From positions 38,502,001 through 38,566,000 of the forward strand of contig OZ024758.1 of NCBI GenBank assembly GCA_964016885.1: a DNA stretch of 64,000 nucleotides. Direction: 5' to 3'. Of this stretch, positions 1 to 14,100 are shown piece by piece. Position 1 is the stretch's first letter. The number at the start of each line of letters is the position of its first letter. Source of the stretch: Eledone cirrhosa (Eukaryota). Below the pieces are notes generated by a model. The model was not told the DNA's origin, did not search any database, and was given only the letters and a program-made list of their open reading frames with translations. Position numbers and translations under genes: made by a program.

Positions 1-2910
1 GTTGGTGAGAATTCATTTAAGTTCATGGTATTAGCTGTCAGAAGGAACGCCACTGTTGGTGAGAATTCATTTAAGTTCATGGTATTAGCTGTCAGAAGTA
101 ACTCCACTGTTGGTGAGAATTCATTTAAGTTCATGGTACTAGTTGTCAGAAGTAACTCCACTGTTGGTGAGAATTCATTTAAGTTCATGGTATTAGTTGT
201 CAGAAGTAACTCCACTGTTGGTGAGAATTCATTTAAGTCATGGTATTAGTTGTCAGAAGTAACTCCAATGTTGGTGAGAATTCATTTAAGTCATGGTACT
301 AGCTGTCAGAAGTAACTCCAATGTTGGTGAGAATTCATTTAAGTTCATGGTATTAGCTGTCAGAAGGAACTCCACTGTTGGTGAGAATTCATTTAAGTTC
401 ATGGTATTAGCTGTCAGAAGTAACTCCACTTTTGGTGAGAATTCATTTAAGTTCATGGTACTAGCTGTCAGAAGTAACTCCACTGTTGGTGAGAATTCAT
501 TTAAGTCATGGTATTAGCTGTCAGAAGTAACTCCACTGTTGGTGAGAATTCATTTAGGTTCATGGTATTAGCTGACAGAAGTAACTCCACTGTTGGTGAG
601 AATTCATTTAAGTTCATGGTACTAGCTGTCAGAAGTAACTCCACTGTTGGTGAGAATTCATTTAAGTTCATGGTATTAGTTTGTCAGAAGTAACTCCACT
701 GTTGGTGAGAATTCATTTAAGTCATGGTATTAGTTGTCAGAGGTAACTCCAATGTTGGTGAGAATTCATTTAAGTTCATGGTACTAGCTGTCAGAAGTAA
801 CTCCACTGTTGGTGAGAATTCATTTAAGTTCATGGTATTAGCTGTCAGAAGTAACTCCACTGTTGGTGAGAATTCATTTAAGTCATGGTATTAGCTGTCA
901 GAAGTAACTCCAATGTTGGTCAGAATTCATATAAGTCATGGTACTAGCTGTCAGAAGTAACTCCAATGTTGGTGAGAATTCAGTTAAGTTCATGGTATTA
1001 GCTGTCAGAAGGAACTCCACTGTTGGTGAGAATTCATTTAAGTTCATGGTATTAGCTGTCAGAAGTAACTCCACTGTTGGTGAGAATTCATTTAAGTTCA
1101 TGGTACTAGCTGTCAGAAGTAACTCCACTGTTGGTGAGAATTCATTTAAGTTCATGGTACTAGCTGTCAGAAGTAACTCCACTGTTGGTGAGAATTCATT
1201 TAAGTTCATGGTATTAGCTGTCAGAAGTAACTCCACTGTTGGTGAGAATTCATTTAAGTTCATGGTACTAGTTGTCAGAAGTAACTCCACTGTTGGTGAG
1301 AATTCATTTAAGTTCATGGTATTAGTTGTCAGAAGTAACTCCACTGTTGGTGAGAATTCATTTAAGTCATGGTATTAGTTGTCAGAAGTAACTCCAATGT
1401 TGGTGAGAATTCATTTAAGTTCATGGTATTAGCTGTCAGAAGTCACTCCAATGTTGGTGAGAATTCATTTAAGTTCATGGTATTAGCTGTCAGAAGTAAC
1501 TCCACTGTTGGTGAGAATTCATTTAAGTTCATGGTATTAGCTGTCAGAAGTAACTCCACTGTTGGTGAGAATTCATTTAAGTTCATGGTATTAGCTGTCA
1601 GAAGAAACTCCACTGTTGGTGAGAATTCATTTACATTCATGGTATTAGCTGTTAGATGGAACTCCAATGTTGGTGAGAATTCATTTAAGTCATGGTACTA
1701 GCTGTCAGAAGTAACTCCACTGTTGGTGAGAATTCATTTAAGTTCATGGTATTAGCTGTCAGAAGGAACGCCACTGTTGGTGAGAATTCATTTAAGTTCA
1801 TGGTATTAGCTGTCAGAAGTAACTCCACTGTTGGTGAGAATTCATTTAAGTTCATGGTACTAGTTGTCAGAAGTAACTCCACTGTTGGTGAGAATTCATT
1901 TAAGTTCATGGTATTAGTTGTCAGAAGTAACTCCACTGTTGGTGAGAATTCATTTAAGTCATGGTATTAGTTGTCAGAAGTAACTCCAATGTTGGTGAGA
2001 ATTCATTTAAGTCATGGTACTAGCTGTCAGAAGTAACTCCAATGTTGGTGAGAATTCATTTAAGTTCATGGTATTAGCTGTCAGAAGGAACTCCACTGTT
2101 GGTGAGAATTCATTTAAGTTCATGGTATTAGGTGTCAGAAGTAACTCCACTGTTGGTGAGAATTCATTTAAGTTCATGGTACTAGCTGTCAGAAGTAACT
2201 CCACTGTTGGTGAGAATTCATTTAAGTCATGGTATTAGCTGTCAGAAGTAACTCCACTGTTGGTGAGAATTCATTTAGGTTCATGGTATTAGCTGACAGA
2301 AGTAACTCCACTGTTGGTGAGAATTCATTTAAGTTCATGGTACTAGCTGTCAGAAGTAACTCCACTGTTGGTGAGAATTCATTTAAGTTCATGGTATTAG
2401 TTTGTCAGAAGTAACTCCACTGTTGGTGAGAATTCATTTAAGTCATGGTATTAGTTGTCAGAGGTAACTCCAATGTTGGTGAGAATTCATTTAAGTTCAT
2501 GGTACTAGCTGTCAGAAGTAACTCCACTGTTGGTGAGAATTCATTTAAGTTCATGGTATTAGCTGTCAGAAGTAACTCCACTGTTGGTGAGAATTCATTT
2601 AAGTCATGGTATTAGCTGTCAGAAGTAACTCCAATGTTGGTGAGAATTCATTTAAGTCATGGTACTAGCTGTCAGAAGTAACTCCAATGTTGGTGAGAAT
2701 TCAGTTAAGTTCATGGTATTAGCTGTCAGAAGGAACTCCACTGTTGGTGAGAATTCATTTAAGTTCATGGTATTAGCTGTCAGAAGTAACTCCACTGTTG
2801 GTGAGAATTCATTTAAGTTCATGGTACTAGCTGTCAGAAGTAACTCCACTGTTGGTGAGAATTCATTTAAGTTCATGGTACTAGCTGTCAGAAGTAACTC
2901 CACTGTTGGT
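1..2910 (+). repeat. Higher-order duplication, offset 1721 bp (32 monomers)
   Basis: ORF starts 293/2014, 508/2229 and 938/2659 all differ by 1721. Private variants TTTAGGTTC...GCTGACAGA (~555/~2276) and CAGAGGTAAC (~740/~2461) recur at the same offset. The match runs about 1-1190 versus 1722-2910. Confidence 0.85.
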
Positions 2911-4199
2911 GAGAATTCAGTTAAGTTCATGGTATTAGTTGTCAGAAGTAACTCCACTGTTGTTGAGAATTCATTTAAACCATGGTATTAGTTGTCAGAA
3001 GTAACTCCAATGTTGGTGAGAATTCATTTAAGTTCATGGTACTAGCTGTCAGAAGTAACTCCACTGTTGGTGAGAATTCATTTAAGTTCATGGTATTAGC
3101 TGTCAGAAGTAACTCCACTGTTGGTGAGAATTCATTTAAGTTCATGGTACTAGTTGTCAGAAGTAACTCCACTGTTGGTGAGAATTCATTTAAGTTCATG
3201 GTATTAGTTGTCAGAAGTAACTCCACTGTTGGTGAGAATTCATTTAAGTCATGGTATTAGTTGTCAGAAGTAACTCCAATGTTGGTGAGAATTCATTTAA
3301 GTTCATGGTACTAGCTGTCAGAAGTAACTCCACTGTTGGTGAGAATTCATTTAAGTTCATGGTATTAGCTGTCAGAAGTAACTCCACTGTTGGTGAGAAT
3401 TCATTTAAGTCATGGTATTAGCTGTCAGAAGTAACTCCATTGTTGGTGAGAATTCATTTAAGTCATGGTACTAGCTGTCAGAAGTAACTCCACTGTTGGT
3501 GAGAATTCATTTAAGTTCATGGTATTAGCTGTCAGAAGGAACTCCACTGTTGGTGAGAATTCATTTAAGTTCATGGTACTAGCTGTCAGAAGTAACTCCA
3601 CTGTTGGTGAGAATTCATTTAAGTTCATGGTATTAGTTTGTCAGAAGTAACTCCACTGTTGGTGAGAATTCATTTAAGTCATGGTATTAGTTGTCAGAAG
3701 TAACTCCAATGTTGGTGAGAATTCATTTAAGTCATGGTACTAGCTGTCAGAAGTAACTCCAATGTTGGTGAGAATTCATTTAAGTTCATGGTATTAGCTG
3801 TCAGAAGGAACTCCACTGTTGGTGAGAATTCATTTAAGTTCATGGTATTCGCTGTCAGAAGTAACTCCACTGTTGGTGAGAATTCATTTAAGTTCAAGGT
3901 ACTAGCTGTCAGAAGTAACAACAATGTTGGTGAGAATTCATTTAAGTTCATGGTAATAGCTGTCAGAAGTAACTCCACTGTTGGTGAGAATTCATTTAAG
4001 TTCATGGTATTAGCTGTCAGAAGTAACTCCACTGTTGGTGAGAATTCATTTAAGTTCATGGTACTAGCTGTCAGAAGTAACTCCACTGTTGGTGAGAATT
4101 CATTTAAGTTCATGGTATTAGTTGTCAGAAGTAACTCCACTGTTGGTGAGAATTCATTTAAGTTCATGGTATTAGCTGTCAGAAGGAACTCCACTGTTG

Positions 4200-7100
4200 G
4201 TGAGAATTCATTTAAGTTCATGGTAGTAGCTGTCAGAAGTAACTCCACTGTTGGTGAGAATTCATTTAAGTTCATGGTACTAGTTGTCAGAAGTAACTCC
4301 ACTGTTGGTGAGAATTCATTTAAGTTCATGTTACTAGCTGTCAGAAGTAACTCCACTGTTGGTGAGAATTCATTTAAGTTCATGGTATTAGTTTGTCAGA
4401 AGTAACTCCACTGTTGGTGAGAATTCATTTAAGTTCATGGTACTAGCTGTCAGAAGTAACTCCAATGTTGGTGAGAATTCATTTAAGTTCATGGTATTAG
4501 CTGTCAGAAGTAACTCCACTGTTGGTGAGAATTCATTTAAGTTCATGGTACTAGCTGTCAGAAGTAACTCCAATGTTGGTGAGAATTCATTTAAGTTCAT
4601 GGTATTAGCTGTCAGAAGTAACTCCACTGTTGGTGAGAATTCATTTAAGTCATGGTATTAGCTGTCAGAAGTAACTCCAATGTTGGTGAGAATTCATTTA
4701 AGTTCATGGTATTAGCTGTCAGAAGTAACTCCACTGTTGGTGAGAATTCATTTAAGTTCACGGTACTAGCTGTCAGAAGTAACTCCACTTTTGGTGAGAA
4801 TTCATTTAAGTTCATGGTATTAGTTTGTCAGAAGTAACTCCACTGTTGGTGAGAATTCATTTAAGTCGTGGTATTAGTTGTCAGAAGTTTACTCCAATGT
4901 TGGTGAGAATTCATTTAAGTTCATGGTACTAGCTGTCAGAAGTAACTCCACTGTTGGTGAGAATTCATTTAAGTTCATGGTATTAGATGTCAGAAGTAAC
5001 TCCACTGTTGGTGAGAATTGATTTAAGTTCATGGTACTAGCTGTCAGAAGTAACTCCACTGTTGGTGAGAATTCATTTAAGTTCATGGTATTAGCTGTCA
5101 GAAGTAACTCCACTGTTGGTGAGAATTGATTTAAGTTCATGGTACTAGCTGTCAGAAGTAACTCCACTGTTGGTGAGAATTCAGTTAAGTTCATGGTACT
5201 AGCCGTCAGAAGTAACTCCACTGTTGGTGAGAATTCAGTTAAGTTCATGGTATTAGTTGTCAGAAGTAACTCCACTGTTGGTGAGAATTCATTTAAGTTC
5301 ATGGTACTAGCTGTCAGAAGTAACTCCACTGTTGGTGAGAATTCATTTAAGTTCATGGTATTAGCTGTCAGAAGTAACTCCACTGTTGGTGAGAATTCAT
5401 TTAAGTCATGGTATTAGTTGTCAGAAGTAACTCCAATGTTGGTGAGAATTCATTTAAGTTCATGGTACTAGCTGTCAGAAGTAACTCCACTGTTGGTGAG
5501 AATTCATTTAAGTTCATGGTATTAGCTGTCAGAAGTAACTCCACTGTTGGTGAGAATTCATTTAAGTCATGGTATTAGCTGTCAGAAGTAACTCCAATGT
5601 TGGTGAGAATTCATTTAAGTCTTGGTACTAGCTGTCAGAAGTAACTCCAATGTTGGTGAGAATTCAGTTAAGTTCATGGTATTAGCTGTCAGAAGGAACT
5701 CCACTGTTGGTGAGAATTCATTTAAGTTCATGGTATTAGCTGTCAGAAGTAACTCCACTGTTGGTGAGAATTCATTTAAGTTCATGGTACTAGCTGTCAG
5801 AAGTAACTCCACTGTTGGTGAGAATTCATTTAAGTTCATGGTACTAGCCGTCAGAAGTAACTCCACTGTTGGTGAGAATTCAGTTAAGTTCATGGTATTA
5901 GTTGTCAGAAGTAACTCCACTGTTGGTGAGAATTCATTTAAATCATGGTATTAGTTGTCAGAAGTAACTCCAATGTTGGTGAGAATTCATTTAAGTTCAT
6001 GGTACTAGCTGTCAGAAGTAACTCCACTGTTGGTGAGAATTCATTTAAGTTCATGGTATTAGCTGTCAGAAGTAACTCCACTGTTGGTGGGAATTCATTT
6101 AAGTCATGGTATTAGCTGTCAGAAGTAACTCCATTGTTGGTGAGAATTCATTTAAGTCATGGTACTAGCTGTCAGAAGTAACTCCACTGTTGGTGAGAAT
6201 TCATTTAAGTTCATGGTAGTAGCTGTCAGAAGTAACTCCACTGTTGGTGAGAATTCATTTAAGTTCATGGTACTAGTTGTCAGAAGTAACTCCACTGTTG
6301 GTGAGAATTCATTTAAGTTCATGTTACTAGCTGTCAGAAGTAACTCCACTGTTGGTGAGAATTCATTTAAGTTCATGGTATTAGTTTGTCAGAAGTAACT
6401 CCACTGTTGGTGAGAATTCATTTAAGTTCATGGTACTAGCTGTCAGAAGTAACTCCAATGTTGGTGAGAATTCATTTAAGTTCATGGTATTAGCTGTCAG
6501 AAGTAACTCCACTGTTGGTGAGAATTCATTTAAGTTCATGGTACTAGCTGTCAGAAGTAACTCCAATGTTGGTGAGAATTCATTTAAGTTCATGGTATTA
6601 GCTGTCAGAAGTAACTCCACTGTTGGTGAGAATTCATTTAAGTCATGGTATTAGCTGTCAGAAGTAACTCCAATGTTGGTGAGAATTCATTTAAGTTCAT
6701 GGTATTAGCTGTCAGAAGTAACTCCACTGTTGGTGAGAATTCATTTAAGTTCACGGTACTAGCTGTCAGAAGTAACTCCACTTTTGGTGAGAATTCATTT
6801 AAGTTCATGGTATTAGTTTGTCAGAAGTAACTCCACTGTTGGTGAGAATTCATTTAAGTCGTGGTATTAGTTGTCAGAAGTTTACTCCAATGTTGGTGAG
6901 AATTCATTTAAGTTCATGGTACTAGCTGTCAGAAGTAACTCCACTGTTGGTGAGAATTCATTTAAGTTCATGGTATTAGATGTCAGAAGTAACTCCACTG
7001 TTGGTGAGAATTGATTTAAGTTCATGGTACTAGCTGTCAGAAGTAACTCCACTGTTGGTGAGAATTCATTTAAGTTCATGGTATTAGCTGTCAGAAGTAA

Positions 7101-8190
7101 CTCCACTGTTGGTGAGAATTGATTTAAGTTCATGGTACTAGCTGTCAGAAGTAACTCCACTGTTGGTGAGAATTCAGTTAAGTTCATGGTACTAGCCGTC
7201 AGAAGTAACTCCACTGTTGGTGAGAATTCAGTTAAGTTCATGGTATTAGTTGTCAGAAGTAACTCCACTGTTGGTGAGAATTCATTTAAGTTCATGGTAC
7301 TAGCTGTCAGAAGTAACTCCACTGTTGGTGAGAATTCATTTAAGTTCATGGTATTAGCTGTCAGAAGTAACTCCACTGTTGGTGAGAATTCATTTAAGTC
7401 ATGGTATTAGTTGTCAGAAGTAACTCCAATGTTGGTGAGAATTCATTTAAATTCATGGTACTAGCTGTCAGAAGTAACTCCACTGTTGGTGAGAATTCAT
7501 TTAAGTTCATGGTATTAGCTGTCAGAAGTAACTCCACTGTTGGTGAGAATTCATTTAAGTCATGGTATTAGCTGTCAGAAGTAACTCCAATGTTGGTGAG
7601 AATTCATTTAAGTCTTGGTACTAGCTGTCAGAAGTAACTCCAATGTTGGTGAGAATTCAGTTAAGTTCATGGTATTAGCTGTCAGAAGGAACTCCACTGT
7701 TGGTGAGAATTCATTTAAGTTCATGGTATTAGCTGTCAGAAGTAACTCCACTGTTGGTGAGAATTCATTTAAGTTCATGGTACTAGCTGTCAGAAGTAAC
7801 TCCACTGTTGGTGAGAATTCATTTAAGTTCATGGTACTAGCCGTCAGAAGTAACTCCACTGTTGGTGAGAATTCAGTTAAGTTCATGGTATTAGTTGTCA
7901 GAAGTAACTCCACTGTTGGTGAGAATTCATTTAAATCATGGTATTAGTTGTCAGAAGTAACTCCAATGTTGGTGAGAATTCATTTAAGTTCATGGTACTA
8001 GCTGTCAGAAGTAACTCCACTGTTGGTGAGAATTCATTTAAGTTCATGGTATTAGCTGTCAGAAGTAACTCCACTGTTGGTGGGAATTCATTTAAGTCAT
8101 GGTATTAGCTGTCAGAAGTAACTCCATTGTTGGTGAGAATTCATTTAAGTCATGGTACTAGCTGTCAGAAGTAACTCCACTGTTGGTGAG
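4200..8190 (+). repeat. Tandem higher-order repeat, 2 x 1993 bp (37 monomers)
   Basis: ORFs 4437/6430, 4652/6645, 5139/7132 and 5622/7615 are offset by 1993. Markers TGGTAGTAGC (4221/6214), TATTAGATGT (4981/6974) and CCACTTTTGG recur in register. Confidence 0.9.
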
Positions 8191-11100
8191 AATTCATTTA
8201 AGTTCATGGTATTAGCTGTCAGAAGGAACTCCACTGTTGGTAAGAATTCACTTAAGTTCATGGTATTAGCTGTCAGAAGTAACTCCACTGTTGGTGAGAA
8301 TTCATTTAAGTTCATGGTACTAGCTGTCAGAAGTAACTCCACTGTTGGTGAGAATTCATTTAAGTTCATGGTACTAGCTGTCAGAAGTAACTCCACTGTT
8401 GGTGAGAATTCATTTAAGTTCATGGTACTAGCTGTCAGAAGTAACCCCAATGTTGGTGAGAATTCATTTAAGTTCATGGTATTAGCTGTCAGAAGTCACT
8501 CCAATGTTGGTGAGAATTCATTTAAGTTCATGGTATTAGCTGTGAGAAGTCACTCCACTGTTGGTGAGAATTCATTTAAGTTCATGGTATTAGCTGTCAG
8601 AAGTACCTCCACTGTTGGTGAGAATTCATTTAAGTTCATGGTATTAGCTGTCAGAAGTAACTCCACTGTTGGTGAGAATTCATTTAAGTTCATGGTATTA
8701 GCTGTCAGAAGTAACTCCACTGTTGGTGAGAATTCATTTAAGTTCATGGTACTAGTTGTCAGAAGTAACTCCACTGTTGGTGAGAATTCATTTAAGTTCA
8801 TGTTACTAGCTGTCAGAAGTAACTCCACTGTTGGTGAGAATTCATTTAAGTTCATGGTATTAGTTTGTCAGAAGTAACTCCACTGTTGGTGAGAATTCAT
8901 TTAAGTTCATGGTACTAGCTGTCAGAAGTAACTCCAATGTTGGTGAGAATTCATTTAAGTTCATGGTATTAGCTGTCAGAAGTAACTCCACTGTTGGTGA
9001 GAATTCATTTAAGTTCATGGTACTAGCTGTCAGAAGTAACTCCAATGTTGGTGAGAATTCATTTAAGTTCATGGTATTAGCTGTCAGAAGTAACTCCACT
9101 GTTGGTGAGAATTCATTTAAGTCATGGTATTAGCTGTCAGAAGTAACTCCAATGTTGGTGAGAATTCATTTAAGTTCATGGTATTAGCTGTCAGAAGTAA
9201 CTCCACTGTTGGTGAGAATTCATTTAAGTTCACGGTACTAGCTGTCAGAAGTAACTCCACTGTTGGTGAGAATTCATTTAAGTTCATGGTATTAGTTTGT
9301 CAGAAGTAACTCCACTGTTGGTGAGAATTCATTTAAGTCGTGGTATTAGTTGTCAGAAGTTTACTCCAATGTTGGTGAGAATTCATTTAAGTTCATGGTA
9401 CTAGCTGTCAGAAGTAACTCCACTGTTGGTGAGAATTCATTTAAGTTCATGGTATTAGCTGTCAGAAGTAACTCCACTGTTGGTGAGAATTGATTTAAGT
9501 TCATGGTACTAGCTGTCAGAAGTAACTCCACTGTTGGTGAGAATTCATTTAAGTTCATGGTATTAGCTGTCAGAAGTAACTCCACTGTTGGTGAGAATTG
9601 ATTTAAGTTCATGGTACTAGCTGTCAGAAGTAACTCCACTGTTGGTGAGAATTCAGTTAAGTTCATGGTACTAGCCGTCAGAAGTAACTCCACTGTTGGT
9701 GAGGATTCAGTTAAGTTCATGGTATTAGTTGTCAGAAGTAACTCCACTGTTGGTGAGAATTCATTTAAGTTCATGGTACTAGCTGTCAGAAGTAACTCCA
9801 CTGTTGGTGAGAATTCATTTAAGTTCATGGTATTAGCTGTCAGAAGTAACTCCACTGTTGGTGAGAATTCATTTAAGTCATGGTATTAGTTGTCAGAAGT
9901 AACTCCAACGTTGGTGAGAATTCATTTAAGTTCATGGTACTAGCTGTCAGAAGTAACTCCACTGTTGGTGAGAATTCATTTAAGTTCATGGTATTAGCTG
10001 TCAGAAGTAACTCCACTGTTGGTGAGAATTCATTTAAGTCATGGTATTAGCTGTCAGAAGTAACTCCAATGTTGGTGAGAATTCATTTAAGTCTTGGTAC
10101 TAGCTGTCAGAAGTAACTCCAATGTTGGTGAGAATTCAGTTAAGTTCATGGTATTAGCTGTCAGAAGGAACTCCACTGTTGGTGAGAATTCATTTAAGTT
10201 CATGGTATTAGCTGTCAGAAGTAACTCCACTGTTGGTGAGAATTCATTTAAGTTCATGGTACTAGCTGTCAGAAGTAACTCCGCTGTTGGTGAGAATTCA
10301 TTTAAGTTCATGGTACTAGCCGTCAGAAGTAACTCCACTGTTGGTGAGAATTCAGTTAAGTTCATGGTATTAGTTGTCAGAAGTAACTCCACTGTTGGTG
10401 AGAATTCATTTAAATCATGGTATTAGTTGTCAGAAGTAACTCCAATGTTGGTGAGAATTCATTTAAGTTCATGGTACTAGCTGTCAGAAGTAACTCCACT
10501 GTTGGTGAGAATTCATTTAAGTTCATGGTATTAGCTGTCAGAAGTAACTCCACTGTTGGTGGGAATTCATTTAAGTCATGGTATTAGCTGTCAGAAGTAA
10601 CTCCATTGTTGGTGAGAATTCATTTAAGTCATGGTACCAGCTGTCAGAAGTAACTCCACTGTTGGTGAGAATTCATTTAAGTTCATGGTATTAGCTGTCA
10701 GAAGGAACTCCACTGTTGGTAAGAATTCATTTAAGTTCATGGTATTAGCTGTCAGAAGTAACTCCACTGTTGGTGAGAATTCATTTAAGTTCATGGTACT
10801 AGCTGTCAGAAGTAACTCCACTGTTGGTGAGAATTCATTTAAGTTCATGGTACTAGCTGTCAGAAGTAACTCCACTGTTGGTGAGAATTCATTTAAGTTC
10901 ATGGTACTAGCTGTCAGAAGTAACCCCAATGTTGGTGAGAATTCATTTAAGTTCATGGTATTAGCTGTCAGAAGTCACTCCAATGTTGGTGAGAATTCAT
11001 TTAAGTTCATGGTATTAGCTGTGAGAAGTCACTCCACTGTTGGTGAGAATTCATTTAAGTTCATGGTATTAGCTGTCAGAAGTACCTCCACTGTTGGTGA

Positions 11101-14100
11101 GAATTCATTTAAGTTCATGGTATTAGCTGTCAGAAGTAACTCCACTGTTGGTGAGAATTCATTTAAGTTCATGGTATTAGCTGTCAGAAGTAACTCCACT
11201 GTTGGTGAGAATTCATTTAAGTTCATGGTACTAGCTGTCAGAAGTAACTCCACTGTTGGTGAGAATTCATTTAAGTTCATGGTACTAGCTGTCAGACGTA
11301 ACTCCACTGTTGGTGAGAATTCATTTAAGTTCATGGTACTAGCTGTCAGAAGTAACCCCAATGTTGGTGAGAATTCATTTAAGTTCATGGTATTAGCTGT
11401 CAGAAGTCACTCCAATGTTGGTGAGAATTCATTTAAGTTCATGGTATTAGCTGTGAGAAGTCACTCCACTGTTGGTGAGAATTCATTTAAGTTCATGGTA
11501 TTAGCTGTCAGAAGTACCTCCACTGTTGGTGAGAATTCATTTAAGTTCATGGTATTAGCTGTCAGAAGTAACTCCACTGTTGGTGAGAATTCATTTAAGT
11601 TCATGGTATTAGCTGTCAGAAGGAACTCCAATGTTGGTGAGAATTCATTTAAGTCATGGTACTAGCTGTCAGAAGTAACTCCACTGTTGGTGAGAATTCA
11701 TTTAAGTTCATGGTATTAGCTGTCAGAAGTAACTCCACTGTTGGTGAGAATTCATTTAAGTTCATGGTACTAGCTGTCAGAAGTAACTCCAATGTTGGTG
11801 AGAATTCATTTAAGTTCATGGTATTAGCTGTCAGAAGGAACTCCACTGTTGGTGAGAATTCATTTAAGTTCATGGTATTAGCTGTCAGAAGTAACTCCAC
11901 TGTTGGTGAGAATTCATTTAAGTTCATGGTACTAGTTGTCAGAAGTAACTCCACTGTTGGTGAGAATTCATTTAAGTTCATGTTACTAGCTGTCAGAAGT
12001 AACTCCACTGTTGGTGAGAATTCATTTAAGTTCATGGTATTAGTTTGTCAGAAGTAACTCCACTGTTGGTGAGAATTCATTTAAGTTCATGGTACTAGCT
12101 GTCAGAAGTAACTCCAATGTTGGTGAGAATTCATTTAAGTTCATGGTATTAGCTGTCAGAAGTAACTCCACTGTTGGTGAGAATTCATTTAAGTTCATGG
12201 TACTAGCTGTCAGAAGTAACTCCAATGTTGGTGAGAATTCATTTAAGTTCATGGTATTAGCTGTCAGAAGTAACTCCACTGTTGGTGAGAATTCATTTAA
12301 GTCATGGTATTAGCTGTCAGAAGTAACTCCAATGTTGGTGAGAATTCATTTAAGTTCATGGTATTAGCTGTCAGAAGTAACTCCACTGTTGGTGAGAATT
12401 CATTTAAGTTCACGGTACTAGCTGTCAGAAGTAACTCCACTGTTGGTGAGAATTCATTTAAGTTCATGGTATTAGTTTGTCAGAAGTAACTCCACTGTTG
12501 GTGAGAATTCATTTAAGTCGTGGTATTAGTTGTCAGAAGTTTACTCCAATGTTGGTGAGAATTCATTTAAGTTCATGGTACTAGCTGTCAGAAGTAACTC
12601 CACTGTTGGTGAGAATTCATTTAAGTTCATGGTATTAGCTGTCAGAAGTAACTCCACTGTTGGTGAGAATTGATTTAAGTTCATGGTACTAGCTGTCAGA
12701 CGTAACTCCACTGTTGGTGAGAATTCATTTAAGTTCATGGTATTAGCTGTCAGAAGTAACTCCACTGTTGGTGAGAATTGATTTAAGTTCATGGTACTAG
12801 CTGTCAGAAGTAACTCCACTGTTGGTGAGAATTCATTTAAGTTCATGGTACTAGCTGTCAGAAGTAACTCCACTGTTGGTGAGAATTCAGTTAAGTTCAT
12901 GGTATTAGTTGTCAGAAGTAACTCCACTGTTGGTGAGAATTCATTTAAATCATGGTATTAGTTGTCAGAAGTAACTCCAATGTTGGTGAGAATTCATTTA
13001 ATTTCATGGTACTAGCTGTCAGAAGTAACTCCACTGTTGGTGAGAAATCATTTAAGTCATGGTATTAGTTGTCAGAAGTAACTCCAATGTTGGTGAGAAT
13101 TCATTTAAGTTCATGGTACTAGCTGTCAGAAGTAACTCCACTGTTGGTGAGAATTCATTTAAGTTCATGGTATTAGCTGTCAGAAGTAACTCCACTGTTG
13201 GTGAGAATTCATTTAAGTCATGGTATTAGTTGTCAGAAGTAACTCCAATGTTGGTGAGAATTCATTTAAGTTCATGGTACTAGCTGTCAGAAGTAACTCC
13301 ACTGTTGGTGAGAATTCATTTAAGTTCATGGTATTAGCTGTCAGAAGTAACTCCACTGTTGGTGAGAATTCATTTAAGTCATGGTATTAGCTGTCAGAAG
13401 TAACTCCAATGTTGGTGAGAATTCATTTAAGTCTTGGTACTAGCTGTCAGAAGTAACTCCAATGTTGGTGAGAATTCAGTTAAGTTCATGGTATTAGCTG
13501 TCAGAAGGAACTCCACTGTTGGTGAGAATTCATTTAAGTTCATGGTATTAGCTGTCAGAAGTAACTCCACTGTTGGTGAGAATTCATTTAAGTTCATTGT
13601 ACTAGCTGTCAGAAGTAACTCCACTGTTGGTGAGAATTCATTTAAGTTCATGGTACTAGCCGTCAGAAGTAACTCCACTGTTGGTGAGAATTCAGTTAAG
13701 TTAATGGTATTAGTTGTCAGAAGTAACTCCACTGTTGGTGAGAATTCATTTAAATCATGGTATTAGTTGTCAGAAGTAACTCCAATGTTGGTGAGAATTC
13801 ATTTAAGTTCATGGTACTAGCTGTCAGAAGTAACTCCACTGTTGGTGAGAATTCATTTAAGTTCATGGTATTAGCTGTCAGAAGTACCTCCACTGTTGGT
13901 GAGAATTCATTTAAGTTCATGGTATTAGCTGTCAGAAGTAACTCCACTGTTGGTGAGAATTCATTTAAGTTCATGGTATTAGCTGTCAGAAGTAACTCCA
14001 CTGTTGGTGAGAATTCATTTAAGTTCATGGTACTAGCTGTCAGAAGTAACTCCACTGTTGGTGAGAATTCATTTAAGTTCATGGTACTAGCTGTCAGACG

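Noticed and set aside
236-250. Stop/start overlap (AAGTCATGGTATTAG) resembling translational coupling between successive ORFs
   Set aside because: It is an automatic consequence of a 1-bp deletion just upstream of the monomer's ATG. There is no ribosome-binding site or other sign of an operon.
265-275. CCAAT boxes and GGTAAG splice-donor-like variants as regulatory sites
   Set aside because: These short motifs arise from single substitutions in the monomer and have no gene or promoter context to support function.
2971-2990. TTTAAAC / TTTAAAT slippery-like heptamers at some 53-bp monomers (programmed -1 frameshift linking the ORFs)
   Set aside because: The open frame reads TCA-TTT-AAA, not the required T-TTA-AAN phase. 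Most 53-bp monomers have TTTAAGT, and no downstream stimulatory structure is evident.
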